Shown here in pieces: positions 51,960 to 63,769 of a stretch of DNA of 64,000 nt (position 1 is its first letter; each line of letters begins with the position of its first letter). The notes below the pieces were generated by a model. That model was not told the origin of the DNA. It saw only the letters and a list, made by a program, of their open reading frames with translations, and did not search any database. The position numbers and the translations under genes are program-made. Where the stretch lies: assembly GCA_963514005.1 (NCBI GenBank), contig OY740801.1:16182001-16246000 (forward strand), given 5' to 3'. The stretch is from Raja brachyura. Its lineage: Eukaryota.

Positions 51960-54011
51960 CAGTGCATTCAGAAAGTATTCAGACCCCTTCACATTTTCCA
52001 TTTTGTTACATTACAGTCTTATTTTAAAATTGATTAAATTCATTTTTTAAATCATCAATCTACACACAATACCCCAGAATGAAGAAGCGAAAACAGGTGT
52101 TTAGAAATTTTTGCAAATTAAAAATAAATAATTGAAATATCATCTTTACATAAGTATTCAGACCTCTTGCTATGACACTCAAAATTGAGATTAGGTTCAT
52201 CTTGTTTCCATTGATTATCTTGAGATGTTTCTACAACTTGATTGGAGTCCACCAGTGGTAAATTAAATTGATTGGATATGATTTTGAAAGGCACACACCT
52301 GTCTATATAAGGTCCCACAGTTGACAGTGCATGTCAGAGCAAAAACCAAGCCATGAAGACGAAGGAATTGTCTGTAGACTTCCAAGACAGGATTCTGTCG
52401 AGACACAGATCTAGGGAAGGGTATAAAACTATTTCTGCAGCATTGCAGGTCCCGAAGAGCACAGTGGGCTCAGTCATTCTTAAATGGAAGAACTTTGGAA
52501 CCACCACGACTCTTCATAGAGCTGGCCGCCCGACCAAACTGAGCAATCGGGGAAGGGCCTGGAAGAGGGAGGTGACCAAGAACCCGATGGTCACACTAAC
52601 AGAGCTCCAGAGTTCCTCTGTGGAGATGGGAGAACCTTCCAGAAACATAGAAACATAGAAATTAGGTGCAGGAGTAGGGTATTTGGCCCTTCGAGCCTGC
52701 ACCGCCATTCAATATGATCATGGCTGATCATCCAACTCAGTATCCCGTACCTGCCTTCTCTCCATACCCTCTGATCCCCTTAGCCACAAGGGCCACATCT
52801 AAATCCCTCTTAAATATAGCCAATGAACTGGCCTCAACTACCCCCTGTGGCAGAGAGTTCCAGAGACCCACCACTCTCTGTGTGCAAAAAGTCCTTCTCA
52901 TCTCGGTCCTAAAGGATTTCCATCTTATCCTTAAGCTATGACCCCTTGTCCTGGACCTCCCCAACATCGGGAACAATCTTCCTGCATCTAGAGTGTCCAA
53001 CCCCTTAAGGATAACTATATCTGCAGCACTCCACCAATCAGGCCTTTATGGTGGAGTACCCAGATGAAAGTCACACCTCAGTAAGGCACATGACAGCACG
53101 CTGGGAATTTTCCAAAATGCACATAAAGTACTCTCAGACCATGATAAACAAGATTCTCCGGTTTGATGAAACCAAGATTGAACTCTTTGGCCTGAATGCC
53201 AAGCGTCACGTCAGGAGGAAACCAGGCACTGCTCATCACCTGGCCAATACCATACCACATCATGCTGTGGGGATGTTTCTCAGCGGCAGGAACTGGGAGA
53301 CTAGTCATGAACAAGGGAAAGATGAACGGAGCAAAGTACAGAGAGATCCTTGATGAAAACCTGCTCCAGAGCATTCTGGACCTCAGACTGGGGCAGAGAT
53401 TCACCTTCCAACAGGACAACAACCCTGAGCACACAGCCAAGACAATGCAGGAGTGGCTTCATGACAAGTCTGTGAATGTCCTTGAGTGGCCCAGCTCAAA
53501 CCCGATCGAACATCTGTGGAGGGACCTGAAAATAGCTGTGCCTCGACACTCCCCATCCAATCTGACAGAGCTTGAGAGGATCTGCAGAGAAGAATGGGGG
53601 AAATAACCCAAATACAGGTGTGCCAAGCTTGTGGCGTCATACTCAAGAAGACTTGAGGCTGTAATCGCTGCCAAAGGTGCCTCAACAAAGTACTGAGTAA
53701 AGGGTCTAAATACTTATGTAAAGTATTGAGATTAGGTCTGCATTTCATATATTTATCATGACTCAAGATGTTGGCCCAGGAACAATGAGGGCCAAACAAA
53801 GATTGTCAGGCCTTTAAGATAAGTTGTGCTATCAGTTTTTTTTTTTTAATTACTTTGCAAACATTTCCAAACACCTGTTTTCGCTTTTTTATTATGGGGT
53901 ATTGTGTGTAGATTGATGATAAAACATTTTTTTTTAATTCATTTTAGAATAAGGCTGTAATGTAACAAAATGTGGAAAAGTTGAAGGTCTGAATACATTC
54001 CGAATACACTG
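51960..54011 (+). mobile_element. Tc1-family transposon (full span, inactive), about 200-bp TIRs, TA target duplication
   Basis: ta|cagtgcattcagaaagtattcagacc ... ggtctgaatacattccgaatacactg|ta; transposase remnants MKTKELS..GYKTISAALQVPKSTV, FDETKIELFG, FQQDNNPEH, NPIEHLW. Confidence 0.95.
52641..53009 (-). mobile_element. CR1 3' fragment inserted in the Tc1 transposase
   Basis: Near-identical to 47422-47790; the Tc1 sequence resumes at aaggataactatatctgcagc. Confidence 0.92.
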
Positions 54012-54174
54012 TATGCAACTGTTTCCAGCATACAGCTCTGTAGTCAGTCTTCAGATTTCTTATCCTCTCCCTCAAGCCTTCACTGTGCATTTCATATATT
54101 TATCATGACTCAAGATGTTGGCCCAGGAACAATGAGGGCCAAACAAAGATTGTCAGGCCTTTAAGATAAGTTGT
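53739..54174 (+). repeat. 89-bp exact direct duplication (53739-53827 and 54086-54174)
   Basis: tgcatttcatatatttatcatgactc...ttaagataagttgt occurs twice. Confidence 0.9.
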
Positions 54175-54259
54175 TATAGGCAATATAGTGGGAGAAAAAC
54201 TATTGCATCTGCTTGTAAGCTAACTCATCAAAATCTCATATTCAACAAGGTCAACCACT

Positions 54260-54645
54260 AGAGACAAAAAGCTGGAGTAACTCAGTGGGTCAGGCAACAT
54301 CTCTGGAGAATTACTTGAAATTAGAGAAATCAGCACTCATATTGCTGGGTGTAAGCTGCCCGGGCAAAATATTAGTTGCTGTACCTCCAATTTGAGTGTG
54401 GCCTCAGTCTGACTGTGGAAGAGGCCAAGGCTAGAAAGGTCAGCATGGGAATGGGAAGGAGAGTTAAAATACTTGGCAACCAGGAGATTACGGAGCCCAA
54501 GGCGGACTGAGCGTAGGTGTTCAACAAAACAATCGCCCAGTCTGTGCTTGGTCTCGCCAATATGCAGTAGCCCATACCGAGAACAGATACAGTAGATGAG
54601 GGCAGAGAATATGAAAGTGAGCCTCCGTCTCACGTGAAAGAACTG
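54260..54645 (-). mobile_element. Penelope-like GIY-YIG fragment
   Basis: LIYCICSRYGLLHIGETKHRLGDCFVEHLRSV...LKLEVQQLIF. Confidence 0.85.
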
Positions 54646-55596
54646 TTGTGTGGGTAGTTGTTGGTCAGTGTGGACTCAGTGGGCCAAAGGGCCTGTATCA
54701 GAATCTTCACACTAAACTGAGACACGCTGTACAGGTCAAGTTGCTGAAGTGACTCAGCAGATCAGACAGTGTCCATGGAAGAAAATGAGACAGATGTTTC
54801 AGGTCACAGCCGTTCAACATTCCAGCATCTGCAGTCTCTTTACTTCTCGCCAGTCCTTCATTGCCACTGGGTTAAATTCCTGCATATTCCTGTTCAGCAG
54901 CACTACACGTACCTACCCTGAAGGACTGCAGAATTTCCAGATGACAGCTTGCCACAACCTTCTCAACGCCAGGAAATACGGTAATGGCAATTGCCTTTGT
55001 CATCAGTAAGATTAGTTAAAGTCTACAGTGAGCAAGAACTAAATTGGACCTCATCTTGGCATTGATAGCCCATCCACTTGCTAAACATAATGTTGACCAC
55101 TAATTAAGCCACCCATTGCAAAGTTAATTACACCCAAGGATTGGGCTGACAATGAATAATCAAAATTCATTCAAACAAAAATGTACAGAAAACGGTGTTA
55201 ATAGTACTTTTAAATATTGTAACTCATCTTCCATTTGTCTTTTACACTTCAGAATGGCCATGTTTATCTTTCTTTATTCTGAAGAATTTCCTCTCACTAT
55301 CCTCGAGCATGAGTGAACAATGTACTCTGCTGTGCTTTCCATTGCCAATACAAGGATTCACGAAGACAAAATGTTTGCTTTCCCTTTTATAGGTCACAAA
55401 CAACTACTATACAGAGCTGGAGTGAGTGTCTCAGTTACATAACAGAACTGGATAAACTCATAGCTCAAAAGTGCAGGCTGAAAATTATCTTGTAATGGTC
55501 ATTGACACGAAATATTAATTGTTTTTCTCTCCAGAGATGTTAACCAACTAGGCGAGTACCTCCATCATCTACAGATTTTTTGCTTTCTATAACAAC

Positions 55597-58140
55597 TACA
55601 TTGGTGCTACCTCCTGCACCCATACACAACTCAGGGAGCAGGGGTTTCCCGCTTCTACTATAGATGAGGCTCTCGCCAGGGTCTCTTCCACACCTCGTAA
55701 CTCTGTTCTCACTCCCCATCCCCCCCCCCCACTCGTAACAAGGGCAGAGTCCCCCTTGTCCTCACCTTCCACCCTACCAGCCGTCACATACAATGGCTTG
55801 CAAAAGTATTCATACCCCTTGAACTTTTTCACATTTTGTCACCTTACAACCACAAACGTAAATGTATTTTATTGTGATTTAATGTGATAGACCAAGACAA
55901 AGTGGTGCATAATTGTGAAGTAGAAGGAAAATGATACATGGTTTCAAAATTTTATTACAATTAAAAAAACTGAAAAGTGTGACATACAAAAGTATCCCCC
56001 CCCCCCCCCCCCCCCCAATACTTTGTAGAACCACCTTTCACTGCAATTACAGCTGCAAGTCTTTTGGGGTCGGTCTCTACCACCTTTGCACATCTAGAGA
56101 CTGACATTTTTGCCCATTCTTCTTTGTAAAATAGCTCAAGCTCAGTCAGATTGGATGGCAAGCATCTGTGAACAGCAATTTCCAAGTCTTGCCAGAGATT
56201 CTCAATTGGATTTAGGTCTGGACTTTGGGCCATTCTAACATGTATATGCTTTGATCTAAACCATTCCATTGTAGCTCTGGATGTATGTTTAGGGTCGTTG
56301 TCCTGCTGGAAGGTGAACCACTGCCCCAGTCTCAAGTCTTTTGCAGACTAACAGGTTTTCTTCCAAAATTGCCCTGTATTTGGCTCCATCCATCTTCCCA
56401 TCAACTCTGACCAGCTTCCCTGTCCCTGCTGAAGAAAAGCATCCCCACAGCATGATGCTGCCACCACCATGTTTTACAGTGGGGATGGTATGTTCAGGGT
56501 GATGTGCACTGTTAGTTTTCCGCCACACATAAGAGTTTTGCATTTAGGCCAAAAACTTCAATTTTGGTCTCATCAAACCAGAGCACCTTCCTCCACATGT
56601 TTGCTGTGTCCCCCACGTGGCTTGCGGCAAACTGCAAACGGGACTTCTTATGGCTTTGTTTCAACAATGGCTTTCTTCTTGCCACTCTTCCATAAAGGCC
56701 CGATTTGTGGAGTGCAGAACTAATAGTTGGCCTGTGGACAGATTCCCCCACCTCAGCTGTGGATCTCTGCAGCTCCTCCAGAGTTACCATGGGCCTCTTG
56801 GCTGCTTCTCTGATCAATGGGCCTGTCAGATTAGGTGGACGGCCATGTCTTGGTAAGTTTGCAGTTGTGCCATAATCTTTCCATTTTCAGATGATGGATT
56901 GAACAGTGCTCTGCAAAATGTTCAAAGCTTGGGATATTTTTTTATAACCTAACCCTGCTTTAAAGTTCTCCACAACTTATCCCTGACCTGTCTAGGGTTT
57001 TCCTTGGGCTTCATGATGCTGTTTGTTCACTAATGTTCTCTAACAAACCTCTGAGGCCTTCACAGAACAGCTGTATTTATACTAAGATTAGATTACACAC
57101 AGGTGGACTCTATTTACTAATTAGGTGACTTCTGAAGGCAATTGGTTGCACTGGATTTTATTTAGGGGTATCAGAGTAAAGGGGGCTGAATTTTTGGGTA
57201 CTTTTGCACGCCACACTTTTCAGTTTTTTTATTTGTAAAAAAAATTTGAAAACCATGTATCATTCTCCTTCCACTTCACAATTATGCGCCACTTTGTGTT
57301 GGTCTACCACATAAAATCCCAATAAAATACATTTACGTTTGTGGTTGTAACATGACAAAATGTGGAAAAGTTCAAGGGGTAGGAATACTTTTGCAAGCCA
57401 CTGTACAACAAATAATCCTCCAACATTTTCACCACCTTCAAATGGATCCCACCACTGGTCACATCTTCCCCTCTCCTCCCGTCTGCTTTCTGCAGAGACC
57501 CCCGTCCCTCCATAACTCCCTGGTCAATTTGTCATTTCCCACCCAAACCACCCCTTCTCCTGGCACTTTCCCTTGAAACCGCAGGAAATGCTACACTTGT
57601 CGCTTTACCTCCCCCTTTGACGCCATTCAAGGACCCAAGCAGAGGTTCACCTGCACCTCCTCCAACCTCATCTATTGCATCAGCTGCTCTACATCGGTGA
57701 GACCAAGCGTAGACTTGGCGATCGCTTCGCAATAACCAACCTGATCTCCCGGTGAGTCAGCACGTCAACTCCCCTTCCCATTCCGAATCCGACCTTTCTG
57801 TCCTGGGCCTCCTCCATGGCCAGAGTGAGGCCCACTGTAATTTGGAGCAGTAGTACCACCTCATATTTCGCTTGGGCATTTTACACCCCAGCGGTATGAA
57901 CATTGACTTCTCTAATTGCAGGTAGTGCCGGCTTTCTCCTCCCCTTCCCAGCTCCCCCTCAGCCCACTGTCTCCACCCCTTCCTTTCTTCTCCCCACCAC
58001 CCTACACCCTCACATCGGAGGAAGGGTCTCGACCTGAAACTTTGCCTATTTCCTTTGCTCCAGAGATGCTGCCTCACCCACTGAGTTTCTCCAGCATTTT
58101 TGTCTACCTTCGATTTTCCAGCATCTGCAGTTCCCTCTTA
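55597..58140 (+). mobile_element. Penelope-like element split by a Tc1 insertion
   Basis: The sequence agccgtcacata|caacaaataatcctcc is contiguous across the Tc1; GIY-YIG remnant and terminal repeat at 58010-58140. Confidence 0.85.
55791..57403 (-). mobile_element. Tc1-family transposon, 1613 bp, frameshifted transposase, TA duplication
   Basis: TIRs caatggcttgcaaaagtattc / gaatacttttgcaagccactg; [52 protein letters not shown]. Confidence 0.95.
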
Positions 58141-58203
58141 AAAATTTCAGAATTGCAATTACTTTGAGGAAATGCCTGCTCAACCAGATTTCCAATGCAA
58201 AAA

Positions 58204-58968
58204 TCTATATCACTAAGTCTCATCTCGACCACTTCCTGTCTGCGCTGTTTATTGACTTTAGAAAGAAACGCTACCATCTATCGCTATGATTTTTGGCCAT
58301 TTTACTCAGTCCTCCTCCGCTGAGGCAGCCCTAAGGATTTTTCCCATCGATGAAAAATAAGAAAGTTATGAGTATTAAAAAAATCTTGAGATCAGCCGAT
58401 TGGTCCTCTCGCCTGTCAATCGCCCCAATGAAGGTAAAACCCCTTCTGTGTGTGGGGGGCCCACAGGACTATAAAACCCGAATGCCTGGATACGAGTCAG
58501 TCACCCTGGAAGTTCGCGAGGGAGAGTCGGCAACTGTGATTCTAAGCTGTGAAACAACTGAACTGCGAGTCTGCAATGTACTTACAATAAATTATTTGTT
58601 ATCCCTTAATGACAATGCAATGAGCTGTTTGGCGGCCTGCACTCTGCCTGAAATGCTGTGAAACTGAGTTTGGTGAACTGCCAGCCCACCAGCACTGAGT
58701 GACTGATCTGCCAGCCCACCAGCCCCGAGTGTCTGATCTGTCAGTCCACCAGCTCTGAATGACTGAGTTGCCAGCCCACCAGGCCTGAATGACTGAGATG
58801 CCAGCCCATCAGGCCCAAGTGACTGGGCCCACAATGCCCATACTAGCCCTCTGGAAACCAGTCCCTGCGGCCCACAGCACCCCCCCCCCCCCCAAATATT
58901 GGGAGAGGTGGAATATTACGTTGCCCGCCCATGTGAACATGGGACCCAACGGGTCCCACTTGGTCTAG
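58204..58968 (+). mobile_element. Putative non-autonomous Helitron
   Basis: A|TCTATATC 5' end; 3' hairpin TGGGACCC-aac-GGGTCCCA (58940-58958) then CTAG|T; no target duplication; internal tandem repeats. Confidence 0.7.
58678..58830 (+). repeat. 30-bp minisatellite, about 5 units
   Basis: Units like ccagcccaccagcactgagtgactgatctg start at 58681, 58711, 58741, 58771 and 58801. Confidence 0.9.
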
Positions 58969-59169
58969 TACCTATTAACAATCAAACTCTTGAACAAATG
59001 ATTTGATACTTGTCATATTAACAATTTAGATTTAATATTAGGGGCAATATTAAGGTATGCAGATGATGTAAAAAAATAAAAATTAGGTGTGTTGACTGAG
59101 GAAGAAGGCTGACAGCCTGGCAAGTTGAACAGAAATATGGACAACGCAATATAATATTTTTTATTAGCC

Positions 59170-59750
59170 AAGATATGACAATAATCATAATCGTGATTGA
59201 TTAGCCAAGTATGTTTCGCAACATACGAGGAATTTGATTTGCCATAGTCATACCAAAAAAGCCCCAAGATACACAACTACATAAAATTTGACATAAACAG
59301 CCACCACAGCAGCTCCTCCACATTCCCCACAGTGATGGTAAGCAATAAAGTCTAATCTTCTTTCCTCCTTTTTCTCCCGCAGTCGAGGGAGTCAAATCAT
59401 CCTTAGTTGGGGCGGTCGAAGCTCCTGCGGCTTGGAGCACCCAAAGTCGCTCCACGATGTTAAACCACAGGCTCCTGCGGTTGGAGCCCCCAAGTTCGAC
59501 CCCCAGCAAGAGGCCGATGCTCCACGATGTTAGGCTGCAGTGCAGTACAAGACACAACACGGAACAAGTCGCAGCTCCATCGAGGAAAGAGATTTATTTT
59601 TTATTTATTTATTTTTTATAAAAGGTTTCCCTCCTCCCCCACCACACCCCTCCACCAAATACAAAACTAAAAGTGCACCAAAACATACTAACAACAAAGA
59701 ATGAAAAAGACTAGACAAACCTTTGGCGAGGCTGCCGTCATCAACGGCAG
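59170..59750 (-). mobile_element. Unclassified interspersed repeat, possibly a LINE 3' UTR-derived element
   Basis: GC-rich internally repetitive block (gctcctgcgg..., ctccacgatgtta twice) with a LINE-like tail at 59170-59250. Confidence 0.4.
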
Positions 59751-60309
59751 AGGCTAGATTTGAATTGCACACAACACCAGTTAGGCTTATGTAAGTGAGA
59801 AATTCTGCTCACCACTTTACAGTGGGACAACTGGGAAAAAAAATGGCCAAGGAAGGATGAAATCCATTGGGATTATTTGTCCAAATACGAGAGAAGAGAG
59901 AAGAGAATAATCAGCAAAATCATCCTTCAAAAGAGAGCCTTCAGGAATGTGAAAGAGGAATGAAGAAAATATTAGGAAGTTGCTGCCCGAAAGTGTGGTA
60001 GAGGCAACTTTCTATATTAGATTTCAACATGAAAGCACAACGACTGAATTACTGCAGGAAGTTGGATTGGGCATCAGCTTGTTAACTAACATGGGCACAA
60101 TGGTTGATTGCTTCCTTCGGTATTGTAAATTCCCTATAATTCCAAGAGCAAATTGATAATTTAGTCTTACGAGTAGTAGCGTAAAACAGTTTGGCATTGA
60201 GAAAAAGGATAAAACATGCACTTTGAAAGCAGTTAAATTAACTTTAGCCAATTACTGGAATCCATCCCAAGGGGCAATATAAACCTTAATTTGGAAAGGC
60301 ACAATAAAT

Positions 60310-60960
60310 CAGGGACAGTCAACATGAAATTGTTACCCTACCCCATCACTTTCTGCAGCCTCTTGCGTTCCTTCGTGTTGGAATTGCCATACCAGGCCAT
60401 GATGAAACTAGTCAGGATACTTTCTAGAACATTTGAATACATACCAAATCTCTTTAAACTTCTAAGACAGAGGCTTGATGTGACTACATCTATGTGCTGT
60501 GCCCAGGGGGTCATCTGAGATGTTAAACCCATGAATTTGAACTGTTAACTCTCCACCAACCATCCAGCAATAAAAAGTGGCACGTGATCTCCAGACTTCA
60601 ATGATCAGTTCTCCTTGGTGGTGCTGACTTTCAGCAAAAGGTTGTTGTGGTACCACTACCAGGTGTTTTCTCTCTCTACGGTATGCTGATTTATCACTGA
60701 TGATTTAGTTAACCACAGTGGTGTCATCAGATAAATTATAGATGGCATTGGAGCTGTACTTAGCCTCCTGCTCGTCTCCCTTTACACATGACTTTGGCTA
60801 CGTATGCAGTGTTGAGGCTGATGGGCAGTGAGAAGATGTTGTTACTGATCTGCACTGATTGATGTCTGTAGATGAGGAAATCAGGGATCACAAAGCAAAG
60901 GAAGAGTTCCAGGTCATGGAGCTTGGTGATGAGAGATGTGCTTCAAGATAGCTGGAGATT
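60310..60960 (-). mobile_element. Decayed Rex1-type LINE fragment
   Basis: LRSLKRFGM...ESILTSFIMAWYGNSNTKERKRLQKV, homologous to 2801-3109. Confidence 0.7.
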
Positions 60961-60994
60961 TGGTGGAAATGCAATATCAAGATAGCTGGAGACC

Positions 60995-61780
60995 ATGTGT
61001 AAGAAGGAACTGCAGATGCTGGTTTAAACTGAAAATAGACACAAAAAGCTGGAGTAACTCAGCGGGACATGCTGCATCCCTCAAGAGAAGGAATGGGTGA
61101 CGTTCACCTGCAACCCCAGAAGATGCAACACCTGTCGCTATACCTCCTCCCTCGTCTCTGTCCAAGGACCCCGACAATCCTTTCAGTTTAGGCAGGGGTT
61201 CACTTGCACCTCCTCCAACCTTATTTACTGTATCAGTTTTTCAAGATGTGGACTCTTATACATCGGCGAAACCAAACGCAGACTGGGCGATCATTTCGCG
61301 GAACACCTTCGCTCGGCCCTCCTGAACCAACCCTGATTTCCCGGTTGCTGTACACTTTAATTCTCCTTCCCATTCCTACACAGACCATTCTGTCCTCCGT
61401 CTCCTCCATTGTCATAGTGAGGCTAAACGCAAACTGGAGAAACAGCATCCCATATTTCGCTTGGGCAGCTTACAGCCCAGTGGTATGACTGTTGATTTCT
61501 CCAACTTCGGGTAGCCCCGGCATTCTCTCTCTCTGTATCCCTCTCCCACCAAAGTTACATTAGCTTCTCATTTTCATCCTATAAACAGCTTACAATGGCC
61601 TGTTTCCTTTATCACCGTTACTTTTTTGCATATCTTTCATTCATTGTTCTTTAACTCCCCACATCACCATCAATATCTCTCGTTTCTCTTATCCCTAACC
61701 AATCTGAAGGGTCTCGACCCAAAACGTCACCCATTCCTTCTCTCCAGAGACGCTGCCTGTCACTCCAGCTTTGTGTGTTT
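60995..61780 (+). mobile_element. Penelope-like element with inverted upstream terminal repeat, GIY-YIG fragment and downstream terminal repeat
   Basis: FTCTSSNLIYCISFSRCGLLYIGETKRRLGDHFAEHLRS; 60995-61105 is inverted relative to 61700-61780. Confidence 0.88.
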
Positions 61781-62929
61781 AGAGCTGGACACTGAGCGCC
61801 TCTCGATATGATGTAACCCGAGGAAACAATGAATATATGGAGGAAATTGTCAGGTGTATGCACAACTCTGCAGATTTACGATCCTGAAAAATCTCCAAAA
61901 AAACATTGCCAAGTTGGGTAATGAAGTTGGGTTTGAAGTAGACCACGCTGACATGAAATTCCTGGATTCACATTGTAAAGCATTCACAATCAAGGATTTC
62001 TTAAAAGCTTGAACAATAGAGGTCACAGGAGGTACACAAAGCGAACATAGCACCAATAAAAAAAGCTCACCATGAAGGATTGTATTGTAGGATCTTTGCC
62101 TTGTTTGAGAAAGCGAGTCATTTTCAGAAATAAAATATCCTACAAGGAGGAGAGCTTCAGATTTTTTTGCATGATACAAAACATTTGATTTACTAAAAAA
62201 ATAAATCAGGAGGGAAAAAAAGAGCTTCACTCATGAGCCACCTCAGGACAATGAAAGGAAAAGCTTTGGTTTATAAATGTTTGCAATATTTTCCCAGCAA
62301 CTAACTGGTTCATAAGGATTGTCGGAGATTTAAGATGCAACTAAAATTGGAAATCTTATTGGAAATAAAATTGAGGGCCTCAATACAGAATAAATATGAT
62401 CCAATTCCCTGATTGCTGAGATAATCCAGCACTGTTTCTTTCTTTTGTAAACAGGTCAGCACCAGTAAACAGACGTCAAGATTATCTGACATCTTGGCCC
62501 ATGTGACTCCATACTCAATGTTGCTGACTCTTAAACAGCTCTTCAGCTCGTGGCCCATTAGGATGGGCAATAAATGCCAGTACCTGAACAAAAACTGCCA
62601 AGAAATTCTGGTATACAGCATTATACCGCTAACATCCAGTCCTGTCAAGCCTACATTTTTGTAAATAGTTACCTCCAAAGTAAACAATTTGAAAGTAAAT
62701 ATCTCTAATCATGTATATGGCTCTTCAGCTGATTAAAATTCAGTTTATTCAACAATTCTTGCTGATAAGATTCCAGTTTCAAAGTAAAACGACTTGAAAA
62801 TAAATATAACTCAATAACATACATTAGGATATAACAAATAAATGTTAGCTGGTGTGGTATGTTTGCAATGTCAGTATGACAGTAGACTATTTAAGACAAA
62901 CAACAATTAGGCAAACAAAGTAAACATCA

Positions 62930-63240
62930 ACTACTGCACTGGTCTCAATGTGGCCTCCTGTGCATCAGTGAGACCAAGCGTAAACTTGGTGACTGTTTCA
63001 CCAAACATTTGCACTCTGTCTGCCAAGGCCTGTGGGAACTCTTGGCTGCTACTCATTCTGCCCTGGGCCTCCTCTATTGCCAGAGTGCAGCCACACACAA
63101 ACTGGAGGATTCAGCATCTGCTTGGGTAGCTTGCAACCTATAGTATGAACGTTTAATTCTCCAAATTTTATGCAACCTCCACAAAACACCCCCCTTCCCT
63201 GCTCTGCCTCAAAAGCCACCCTGCCTCCTCCCTTCCCTCG
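62930..63240 (+). mobile_element. Decayed Penelope-like GIY-YIG fragment
   Basis: Similar to 3975-4240. Confidence 0.7.
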
Positions 63241-63244
63241 GTTG

Positions 63245-63765
63245 ACCTTGCATGCATCCTAAACGGCCTACCCCTTATTCTTAAACTGTGACCCCTGGTT
63301 CTGGACTCGCCCCAATTCAAGGAAAATTTTACCTCCATCTAGCCTGTCCAATCATTTAAGGATTGTTATGTTTCTCATCCTTCTAAATTCCAGTGAATTT
63401 GTCGACCCATTCTTTAATTATACGTCAGTCCCGCCATTCCGGGAATTAACTTGGTGAACTACACAGCACTCCCTCAGCAGCAATAATGTCCTTCCTCGAA
63501 TTATGAGGCCAAAATTGAACACAATACTCCAGGTGCAGTCTCACCGGGGCCTTATACAACTGCAGTAGGACCTCCTTGCTCCCAAATACAAATCCTCTTG
63601 CAATGAAGGCTAACATGTCATTAGCGCGCTGCACTGCTTGCTGTACCTGCATGCTTACTTTGTGACTGATGTGCAAGCAGATCCAGGTCTCGTTGCACCT
63701 CCACTTTTTCTAATCTGACAGCATTCAGACAATAATCTGCCTTCCTGTTCTTGCCACCAAAGTGT
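63245..63765 (-). mobile_element. CR1 LINE fragment
   Basis: SMQVQQAVQRANDMLAFIARGF...LHLEYCVQFW. Confidence 0.85.
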
Positions 63766-63769
63766 TGAT

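Noticed and set aside
55996-56016. Long C/G homopolymers (also near 4245, 7508, 32573, 51708) as functional G-quadruplexes
   Set aside because: Mostly slippage expansions within repeats, and homopolymer length is unreliable in assemblies.
58678-58830. 30-bp repeats as a CRISPR-like array, or the 80-aa repeat ORF as a gene
   Set aside because: Units are directly adjacent with no unique spacers; the ORF is a by-product of a period divisible by three.
59590-59620. TTTA-type repeat analogous to the human TNRC6A intronic TTTTA/TTTCA disease locus
   Set aside because: Very short, inside a lineage-specific repeat, with no evidence of orthology.
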